A stretch of 64,000 bases of DNA, taken from the NCBI GenBank assembly GCA_951406725.2, contig OX597823.1, forward strand, positions 3,100,001 to 3,164,000, in the 5' to 3' direction. This document shows, one piece after another, positions 54,371 through 64,000 of this stretch. A program made the translations under genes and the position numbers. Position 1 is the stretch's first letter; each line of letters starts with the position of its first letter. The notes under the pieces are model-generated. The model saw only the letters and a list, made by a program, of their open reading frames with translations, searched no databases and was not told the origin of the DNA. Origin of the DNA: Octopus vulgaris. Its lineage: Eukaryota.

Positions 54371-55663
54371 CGAGGGACGTTCAATAAGTAATGCCTCTGG
54401 CCCACTTGCAGTTGTTTGATCTAGCTGAAATTTTGCTTGTGCAATTATTTATGTCTCTATAGATTAAGTGGCAAATTACAGCTCTGAACTAATTGTGGTC
54501 TCTGATTTACAAGTGTTTGAACTGAGTCAAGTGTGAAATGGAGCCTGTTGAGTGTCGAGCAGTGATCCGGTTTTTGCATTTGAAAGGACGCACACCATGG
54601 GAGACTTTTGATGAAATGAAAGTAACTTATGGAGATGATGCCCCATCATATGACCTTGTAAAACGCTGGCATCATGAATTCAAACATGGTCGGAACTCTG
54701 TGAAAACAACTCCCAAATCTGGTCGTCCCCCTCATGCCATTGATGAGGCATCTGTCCGTCAAGTTGAGGCTGCCATTTTGGAAGATCGACGCATAATTAT
54801 TCGCCAAATAGCCCATGAGGTCAAGATTAGTACCGGGTCTGTGGAAACTATCATTTATGACCATTTGCATATGCAAAAGGTGTCTGCCAGATGGATTCCC
54901 AGGTTGCTCACACCTTTCCAGAAGCAAGAACGCGTTGAGTGCTCGAGGATGAATTTGGAGATGTGCCAAGAAGATGAGTCAAAATTTTTCAAAAGACTGA
55001 TTACACAGGATGAAACTTGGGTCCATCACTATGATCCAGAGACCAAAGCCCAGTCAATGCAGTGGAAGCACCGTGACTCACCTCCTCCAAAGAAGGCAAG
55101 GGTGCAGCTCTCCGCTGGCAAGGTCATGCTCACAGTCTTCTGGGACCAGGACGGAGTAGTGATGACAGATTTCCTGGCAAAGGGTACCAGAATTACAGGA
55201 GCCTATTATGCTTCACTTTTGAGGAAATTAAGAGAAGCTATCAAAATCAAGAGGCGGGGCAAGGTCAGCAAAGGCATCCTCCTCCTGCAGGACAACGCTC
55301 CGGTCCACAACTCATGTTTCGCCAGGTCAGAAGCACAGGCGTGCGGCTATGAACTCCTCCCCCATCCCCCCTACTCTCCTGACCTTGCACCCTCTAATTT
55401 TCACCTCTTCCCAGCCATGAAGTTGTTTTTGAAAGGAAAGCGTTTCCCAGATGATGCAGCCTTGATTTCTGAAGTCACGTCGTGGCTGGAGGACCAAGCT
55501 GGGGTCTTCTACAAAAACGGTCTCCAGAGCTGCATCAAACGATGGGAGAAAACCATAAGTCTGGGTGGTTCCTATGTAGAAAAAGACTAATAATTGTGCC
55601 AAGTTTCGTTGCTCTACTGCTATGGGAAGTGAGTCAGGGGCATTACTTATTGAACGCCCCTCG
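54371..55663 (+). mobile_element. Full-length mariner element (1293 bp)
   Basis: TIRs CGAGGG(A/G)CGTTCAATAAGTAATGCC; TA duplicated at 54369-54370 and 55664-55665. Confidence 0.96.
54538..55590 (+). CDS. Mariner transposase, 350 aa, open frame, D,D34N triad
   Basis: WIPRLL, QDETWV, QDNAP, YSPDLAPSNFHLF. Confidence 0.93.
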   Translation: MEPVECRAVIRFLHLKGRTPWETFDEMKVTYGDDAPSYDLVKRWHHEFKHGRNSVKTTPKSGRPPHAIDEASVRQVEAAILEDRRIIIRQIAHEVKISTGSVETIIYDHLHMQKVSARWIPRLLTPFQKQERVECSRMNLEMCQEDESKFFKRLITQDETWVHHYDPETKAQSMQWKHRDSPPPKKARVQLSAGKVMLTVFWDQDGVVMTDFLAKGTRITGAYYASLLRKLREAIKIKRRGKVSKGILLLQDNAPVHNSCFARSEAQACGYELLPHPPYSPDLAPSNFHLFPAMKLFLKGKRFPDDAALISEVTSWLEDQAGVFYKNGLQSCIKRWEKTISLGGSYVEKD

Positions 55664-56219
55664 TACACCTGATTTTCTCCCCTCCATACACACACAAGCA
55701 TGTATCTGACTCATACATTGTTCGCTTTCCAGACATTTCTACATTACTGCATACACTTTATACGCACTTTCTGACAAGTTGTGGTGCACCTGAGCACTGT
55801 ATACAATAATTTCATTATTATTATTTTTTAATCATTGTTATATATTTTATCTTATATTTAATCTTTCTATAATATGTAATTTTTCTAAATGGTATAATTT
55901 AATTTTTCATCATTGAATTGATAAAAGGTGGGGTTTTTTCCTAATTTATATATATATACATATATATTATGTATTTGATTTAGTTTTTCTAAATTGAATT
56001 TTCCCCTGTAAGTTTGGAATAATATTCCCTCAAATATATATATACATATGTATATATATATATTCTGTTGTGTCTGGGGAGAGCCATTTTCTTTTTGTGC
56101 CTTGTAATGTAACACTCACCAGTAAAATTTCCACTTATTTCATATTTCCCTAAAATTTTCGTTGCGTCTTGCAATCTTTTCAAGTCTTGACTCGGTCCGT
56201 TATTTACACTGCGTTCCTT

Positions 56220-56580
56220 TTTGTTTGTTTGTTTGTGTGTGTGTCTGTGCCTATGCATGCATGTACATATGTATGTGTTTGCATGTGTATGTATGTGTGT
56301 GTGTGCATTTGTATGTATGTATTCTGCATATTCATGTACTTGCATGTCCGTGTTTGTGTATTTTCTATGTATCTGTGTGTGTGAGCGTGTGTTTGTATAT
56401 GTATGCACCTCTGTCTCCTTGTGTGTGTGTTTTGCATCTATGTACCATGTTTGTATGTATGGATGTGCATCTCTGTATGTGTGAACCCGTGTCTCCATAT
56501 CTGTCCTTGTGTGGAGCAAAGTGTGTGTGTATCTATGGTCATGTGTTTCAGTCTCCATTTGCGTGTGTCTGTTCTTGTGT
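56220..56580. repeat. Degenerate (TG/TATG)n low-complexity tract
   Basis: Direct reading. Confidence 0.9.
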
Positions 56581-57264
56581 TGATCTGTTTATTTTCATGT
56601 CCATATGCTTACATAAAAAAAAAAAAAACCTGCATACACACACACACTCACATGATATGAAATTAACGAAAGACGACTAAAATATTCTCTATAGCTTCTT
56701 AAACGATCTGCTGGAGTCTCTCTCTTTCTCATATATTTAATCACCATGCAGTGAAAGAGGAGAAATTCTTGAACATTACTCATTCTACCCCATTTTAGCC
56801 TCTCCCTTTTTGAATTTTTGGAAATTATCAAATTAGATTTGTGGGGAAAAAATTGATTTAGAATCCAAAGAAAAGAATATTTAAATACCAAAAATTATCC
56901 CGATATTCTATCAGCACTCTCAATAACAACTGGGTCAAAGTGGAAGAATTTCTTGAAAAAAAAGTACTTGTCACCTGCTTAAAAAGATCTGGAGCACTTT
57001 TTAATCAAAATATTTCGCAAAATGGTGTTTTTGTAAATCCACCATCTTTCCCTCTTCGGACCGATTATGTGGGCACAACACACTTAAAAACCTTTTCACA
57101 AAAAAGAAGTACATATTTTCAGTCGAAAAGCTGTGATTTAAGGGACATTTTGGCTGTTGTTTCTAGCATAGGTTTTAAGACAGATAAAAATTGTAACTTT
57201 TCAAGAAAATTTAGATAGCATGAACCAATTTATGCTATTGAGGAGAAAATGTTCGTTTCTAATC

Positions 57265-57541
57265 TAGGTACAAGGCCCGATGTTTTGGGGGAGGCTCAAT
57301 ACGTAACTGGTACTTACTTTATCGATCCTGAAAGGATGAAAGACAAACTAAATACTTGTTTCTTTACTACCCACAAGGGGCTAAACACAGAGAGGACAGA
57401 CAAACGGTCGATTACATCGACTCCAGTGTGTAACTGGTACTTAATTTATCGACCCCGGAATTTGAACTCACAACGTAACGGCAGCCGAAATACCGCTAAG
57501 CATTTCACCCGGCGTGCTAACGTTTCTGCCAGCTCGCCACC
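57265..57541 (-). mobile_element. SINE family B, rearranged copy
   Basis: Reverse complement ggtggcgagctggcagaaacgttagcacgccggg...gagttcaaattcc. Confidence 0.8.
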
Positions 57542-58987
57542 CTAATAGGGAGAAAATATTGAAAGACATTTGTTGGAGTGAGAAAGAAACAAGGTGGTCA
57601 TGGGATATGCTAGAAACAACAGCCAAATTCTCCCTTCAATCAAATTCTTTTTTACCGAAAAGGCTTGTAGTTTTTCTGGAGCATAGTGCCACCGAAATCG
57701 ATCCGGAGAGAGTAAGAGTTTTTTTTAAACCTTCGACTTTTATCTTTGTTAAAGATTCTTTAGATTATTTCCAAGGGCATCGTGAAAAAAAATCTGGAAA
57801 ATCCCCGTCAAAAGAGAGTAATTGCAACTGATGTGGGCGATCTTATCCCTGATGTCCGCCCCCGTGTGTGCCCTACATACACCCACCTCATGACAAATGG
57901 TTTACGTTCCCGTAACCTAGCAGTTCGGCAAGAGACTGACAAAGTACCAGCCTTAGTCTTGGAGTTTATTTGTTCGACTGAACCAAAGCAGTTTAATGCC
58001 AGAACGAGTAAAGGATAAAATCGTGAAATATATAATGAAAGGAGAGTTTAATTACCGGGCTTTCGGACCAGGAGGCCCACATAAGTGGAATTTACTTAGT
58101 TTTGGCGGATTTTTTTTTATTTTTCAAGGCGTTCGAAATTATGGGAGGTGGGCATTATCTTATGAATTAACTTTTTTACCCACCGGAGTAATTTTGGAAG
58201 ACTTCCTCTTGACAAATATTTTTGCCAAAAAAAAAAAAAAACCCGTTTGCGGATGCGGAGATTCCGGAAAATTGCCCCCACCCACAATATCTTCATTTGA
58301 CTTTTTTTCCCTAACCCTAAGCAAACATTTTTGAAAACGTTTTTCAGAATCATAATCTCCGTGTTTTGCAGCACATTTTGAAAAAAAAAAATTCTTAAAA
58401 TGAAGAAATCAGGGGGTAATTTCAAAAATGCTGATCTCCGCAGCCGAAAACGTAAAAAAAATTTTTTAAGAGGGGCTCTTTTGGTGGGTACAAAAGGAAG
58501 TCTTGTAATTTTACCAATATTCTTGCCACGACGCACTTATGAACAATGGAAAAAACTTAGACGAAAAGGTAATTTCAGGGAGATCTTGGCTGTTGCTACC
58601 AGCACCTTCCATGACCACATACCGTGTTTCTTTGACACCGACATGCATTTCAGTACCTGATCCCATAAACACACTTTACACAATTAAAAACTTGGCTGTT
58701 CCCTTAATTACCTCTCAACGAACTGTCATCCGTATCTTTTCTTTATTTACATTTTTTTTCTTACTTTTACTGTGAAAGAGGAAAGTTTAAGACACGAACG
58801 TGCATATGAAATGGATGCGGGAGTCTGTGGGGGAGAAAGAGACAGACTTCCACTCGTTACGCCAAGAACATACGTTCACTCTCACATTAAAGAATCGCAA
58901 ACAAAGTCGACAAGAAGACTATCTGTAGAAAATAAGGGGCCCTGAAAAGGGCCGTTGGATTAAGCCAAGCACAATCACCGAAAGCGC

Positions 58988-59365
58988 TTACTTGGAAGCC
59001 TTCTGGGTCTTCTTGGGGAGAAGAACAGCCTGGATGTTGGGAAGAACACCACCCTGGGCGATGGTCACTCCAGACAAAAGCTTGTTCAATTCTTCGTCGT
59101 TACGGATGGCCAACTGTAAATGACGGGGAATAATTCTGGATTTCTTGTTGTCTCTGGCAGCATTTCCTGCCAATTCCAACACTTCGGCAGCCAAATATTC
59201 CATCACAGCAGCCAGGTAGACTGGGGCTCCGGCACCAACACGTTGGGCATAGTTTCCCTTACGCAGAAGACGGTGGATACGTCCGACAGGGAACTGAAGT
59301 CCAGCACGGGACGAACGGGTCTTGCTCTTTCCCTTCACTTTACCTCCTTTACCACGACCAGACAT
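58988..59365 (-). CDS. H2A: Histone H2A
   Basis: Identical protein; stem-loop at 58938-58953. Confidence 0.99.
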   Translation of the reverse strand: MSGRGKGGKVKGKSKTRSSRAGLQFPVGRIHRLLRKGNYAQRVGAGAPVYLAAVMEYLAAEVLELAGNAARDNKKSRIIPRHLQLAIRNDEELNKLLSGVTIAQGGVLPNIQAVLLPKKTQKASK

Positions 59366-59633
59366 TTTCAGAGTTTGATACTAATCTGCAACGAAACAGA
59401 GAGAACAATGAAATAAAAAGCGCTTTTCGCCTTTAAATACCGCCAAGGGGGCTCCAGCAGTCGGAGATTTGCACTAAGCAGGTGAAAAATGAGCGGGCTT
59501 TTGTCACGTGGCACACTTGTCAAATTCTAACCAATGAAAATGAAGGGCGCGGATTTAGAAAAAATGTTCCTCTGCTGAGCCTAGTTGACAACTATAAATA
59601 GAGTGGAGGTTCGGATGGTCGTTATGAAACATC

Positions 59634-60011
59634 ATGCCACCAGCACCAGCTACCGCTTCGAAAGGAGCCAAGAAGGCTTCGAAGGCCAAAGCTTCACGTC
59701 CCCCCGGAGACAAGAAGCGCAAGAAGAAGAGGAAGGAAAGTTATTCCATCTACATCTACAAAGTAATGAAACAAGTCCACCCCGACACTGGCATCTCCAG
59801 CAAAGCTATGTCCATCATGAACAGTTTTGTCAACGATTTGTTCGAAAGAATCGCTTCTGAAGCCAGCCGTTTGGCTCACTACAACAAACGTTCGACCATC
59901 AGTAGCCGTGAGGTGCAGACTGCTGTCCGTCTGCTTCTCCCTGGTGAGTTGGCCAAACACGCCGTCTCTGAAGGTACCAAGGCTGTCACCAAATACACCA
60001 GCAGCAAGTAA
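59634..60011 (+). CDS. H2B: Histone H2B
   Basis: Identical protein; stem-loop at 60042-60057. Confidence 0.99.
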   Translation: MPPAPATASKGAKKASKAKASRPPGDKKRKKKRKESYSIYIYKVMKQVHPDTGISSKAMSIMNSFVNDLFERIASEASRLAHYNKRSTISSREVQTAVRLLLPGELAKHAVSEGTKAVTKYTSSK

Positions 60012-60279
60012 ATCTATTCTAGTCTTCGTCTATTCGACAACGGCCCTTTTCAGGGCCATCCATATTCTCTTGATTGTAACTTCTGGTTTTCTATTGATCT
60101 GCGATGTTTTCTTACATAAGGGTCGTGCACTTGCACAGCCACAAAGCGAGGGGTACACATAACGCAAACCAGACGAGTGTATAGTGGGTGTAGTCATAAA
60201 ACTTGTCAGGCTTTTTATTTTTGAATGGGGTTGGGTAGTGGAAGACCTCGAATCAAGATGTTAATTGCCAATTAAGGTA

Positions 60280-60971
60280 TGAAATGGTAAGAAAAAGACG
60301 GGAGAGTTATAAAATGAGGAGATATTCTTCTCATGAGAAAAGAGTTGCATGCAAAGGAAAAGGCTTTGAGCAAAAGGTTTCGTTTCACGTTACTACGATC
60401 GACAGTTTTAAATGGGCAACCCTACCCGTCTAGCCTCAGGGTGGCATCACTCAGAAGCTACAACAATGCGAGGAAGCGCATTGTGACCAGCGATATGTAG
60501 CAACATCCGACAGTCTAGTCGGTACAGTGATTTGTGTTGTTTTGAGACGAAGGGACAGTTCCGAAATGCCAAATTCCTCTTCTCCCCCACGGCACACGAA
60601 CTCATCCAAACTTAAGAATCAACATGGCTTTGCTAAGTCAATTGATGTGTTTTCCGTTTGACTTAAAACTTTTCCGCGTCGACACAGACACCACACGAAA
60701 ACAATAGGTGTCACAGTTGATATACCTCTTTTTCTACAGTCGGCCGAAATGAAGAACTGACAATGCCACCTTCACATTCTCAGCATCGACAATTACTGTT
60801 CGTTCCTTTTGCTGCACAACACAATGTTTACACATATGCATGCTTGCACCCAGTTTCTGTGCACCTCTATAGACTATTAACTTTATTTTTCCTTTGCATG
60901 CAACTCTTTTCTCATGAGAAGAATATCTCCTCCTCATTTTCTAACTCTCCCGTCTTTTTCTTACCATTTCA
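60280..60971. repeat. ~85-bp inverted repeat pair
   Basis: tgaaatggtaagaaaaagacgggagag...gcatgcaaaggaaaa at 60280-60362; its reverse complement at about 60886-60971. Confidence 0.85.
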
Positions 60972-61639
60972 CCATCGTCACATCAACAGAGACATTAAGG
61001 CTGCACAGTAGCAGTCGACAAAGCATATATAACGATTAAATAAAAAGAATTTTGTCTATATCTTCGATCACTGTCATTATTCCATTGAGTCAACCTCATT
61101 ATTTTCTACATAGCAGACTGTTACATAAACAGGCAAGGGTAATCTTTCGTTTTTAACTCGAAATAATGTAAACACTGAATCGGCCATACATACACATACA
61201 CCGAGTAAAAAATTTCAGTTATCTCTCTCTTTCACACATTACTCTCTCTGTCTCTTCACACACACTAACAGAAGCACTTCACTTACACAACATACTGTCT
61301 GTCTCCCACACCCCATCAAACACACACGCACATGTACATCAATGCTTCGGTAACTTCAAAAGAAATTCCCTCGTCATAAAATCGCTTCCTCTTAGTCTCT
61401 TTCGCTCTCATTACTTCAAATGTTCCCGCAAGCCCATATGTAAAAAAAAAAGTTTTTTACGGAAATCGACGGAAAGGTCTACTAGAGACGAAAGATTGCG
61501 ATTAATTTTCACAGGAATATAGGTGATTTAGCAGTTGTTTCTAGCACTTCCTACAGCCACCCTTGTTACTATCACATTGTTTTTCAACATCTATATGCTA
61601 TTAGAAATAAAAATTGAAATTTTGATTAGGAAACATTAT

Positions 61640-62300
61640 TTGAAAAATAAAAGATGGGACAAAATTATCAGTTTTGCCTGAAACGTTTACAATTTATCAG
61701 TGTACATTCCTTTATTCTTAATAACTTTAGCACATCTCCATCCACAGAATTTATTCCATTCTTTCTGAAGTTTTTCCCACAAAATCTTGTCATTCGCAGG
61801 TCGGGACTCGCCAAGTATATTCCATTAGTTTTATCCCATTGAAAACTTACGGAAGATATTTGGGGATAGGTCAGGACCCTGAGCCGGCCAACGCATCAGT
61901 TGTTTTCAGCTTCAAACATGAACTGTTTTAGTAATGTAAAATGGTGCATAAAGATTGGCCGATGGCTTCATAGCTCGCACATCAGGTTTGCAGAATGCTT
62001 TTGCATATGCCTGCGTTCACATTAACATGGCGATGTATAGCACATGGACCGCACCCCACTTACGATTCATTTTTTGAGGAGTTGATGGCCTTTGCCGAAC
62101 AGCTGGTGTCGGAAAAAGATGGACGGAAGTAGTAAGAAAGTTGAGAATGAAAGGAGCCGGTCGGTCCAGACATAGAAGGATGAAAATAATTAGCAGAAGG
62201 AAAGCAACTAACCCGAAAAAATACAGTTAAAAAATTATCATTTATATTTTTTATTTTATCATCCATTAAACCCATTCGCTTAATTTTGTGCAACGAGTGC
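61640..62300 (-). mobile_element. Highly decayed Tc1-like transposase remnant
   Basis: Minus-strand WPAQGPDLSPNI (compare WPxQSPDLNPIE) at about 61855-61890, preceded by PIFMH and NVNAGICKSIL. Confidence 0.55.
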
Positions 62301-62493
62301 GTCTGACCCCTATATGTCCCTTGTCTGTCCTCGTTTGTCCCCTCTATGTATCCTTTTTATGGGAAATAAAGAAATTATGTATCCTGTTTAAAGAAAATTC
62401 TTACACAACACAAAGAGAAAACGCCAAACAACAGCTGCTGCTGAACACTTTGCTGTGATTCGCTGATTTAATCACGTGATCTCTAAGTTGTAG

Positions 62494-62901
<408 letters not shown>

Positions 62902-63755
62902 ACTGTGCAAGTTTTTCCAACTTCGTGGTCGTCACTAGCGACAAATCCCGGCCCTTTTCAGGGCCACTCATATCCTAATGTAAGCCACCTCGCCCTCTTC
63001 GATATGCTTATTACTATTTTATTTTGTAACCTCAACGGAAGGATGGCCTTATCTTTCGTGACATTTCTTTATCTTCCCGTTTAATGTCTATTATGGACTG
63101 GTTTTCTGTATGAACTTAACCGTTGTTTTTCCTTTGCTATGTACAAAATGTGGCTGATGAAAATGCGTGGTATGCTTTTGTATGTCGTTAGAATAATTTT
63201 TCTTTTCTTGTGAACCCTATTTTCCGATATTCGGAGTAAATACATCGTTTTAGCTGTATATTAGCTTCATTCAAATGATTCATTAGAAAAAGAAGGTCGT
63301 CATTCCTCGGTGACGATCCTTGTTTTCTGTTTAAATATGCGAAATGTGGCTGTTGTTTCTAGCAGGTTCAGTGACCGCAAAAACATCAAATCATAATATG
63401 ATGTAATAGGTTTTTAATTTTCGAGCTTGATCGATACTTTTTCTCTCGTTTTGTTCTGGCAGGTTCGGACGTGAATGTCTTGTTTTAATCTCCCAAAACC
63501 TTATCGAAAACGTTATTTGTATAGATTGGTTCAGTGGATTCCAACCCGAAACACTTGGACAGCCAAAGATGTCCAAGCTGCAGACAATTCTTGTAAATTC
63601 CGACAGTGCAACATTTTCAGCTGATATCCAACTCCTTTACCCGGGAATTTCATTATTAAATAATTGTGAAAGCATTGGGTCAACAGTTACGGATTTCTTT
63701 CTTCTACGCACAAACATTGCTTGTAAAGATAACGTCTAAAACTGAAGTGATTGGA

Positions 63756-63967
63756 GGTACAACTTGAGAACAGTGGTCCCGGTGCGCATGCGCGCCAGCT
63801 AGTCATGACTAGTCGATCTTTACTTTGTTTTAAAAATTATTTACTTTTTTGTGTTTTATTTGTAAAAAAGTTATTTATTTTGTGTTTTTACCTTGCTAGG
63901 TAGTCATTGTAGGATCGACTAGCTTACACGAGTGCGCGCACCGGGAGCACTGTTCTCAAGTAGTACC
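63756..63967. mobile_element. MITE, GGTAC-TIR family
   Basis: GGTACAACTTGAGAACAGTG / CACTGTTCTCAAGTAGTACC; perfect 9-bp TSD GTGATTGGA at 63747-63755 and 63968-63976. Confidence 0.92.
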
Positions 63968-64000
63968 GTGATTGGATATATTAGCAATAGTTATCTGATC

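Larger units (their letters stand above)
53939..55825 (+). mobile_element. 5'-truncated CR1-like LINE 3' end, interrupted by the mariner
   Basis: MVRPHLEFASPVWNPY...LEAVQRRATK...YSERL; FFTLRVAEAWNKLP; (ATT)n tail at about 55812-55825. Confidence 0.85.
58661..60277 (+). repeat. Direct duplication of about 46200-47832 (H2A/H2B unit with both flanks)
   Basis: Near-identical from cccataaacacactttacac to gatgttaattgcca. Confidence 0.95.

Noticed and set aside
63150-63200. ggCTGATGAaaatgcg possible hammerhead
   Set aside because: No stem II closure or GAAA downstream.

Overview
AT-rich, microsatellite-laden eukaryotic (animal) genomic DNA. The SINE and simple-repeat content suggests an octopus or other cephalopod; this is inferred from recalled repeat families and was not verified. 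The core of the window (about 15.5-63 kb) is a replication-dependent histone cluster: 3 H3, 4 H4, 4 H2A and 4 H2B intronless genes, arranged almost entirely as divergent H3/H4 and H2A/H2B pairs, each ending in the 16-nt histone stem-loop. No H1 is present. One H2A/H2B pair has single-base homopolymer deletions, and there is an H2B 3' fragment plus two orphan 3'-end relics. The cluster is not a tandem array but a mosaic of inverted and direct segmental duplications, including a ~5.7-kb inverted copy of a four-gene unit, with signs of gene conversion. Spacers contain tRNA-derived SINEs, a near-intact CR1-like LINE, a full-length mariner with a D,D34N triad, Tc1 and CRE-type remnants, nested GG-terminated MITE/foldback elements with 8-9-bp target-site duplications (TSDs), a diverged 28S rRNA fragment, and at least three sequence classes of minimal hammerhead-ribozyme motif in or near Penelope-style inverted repeats. 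All alignments were done by eye, and repeat boundaries are approximate unless a TSD is quoted.
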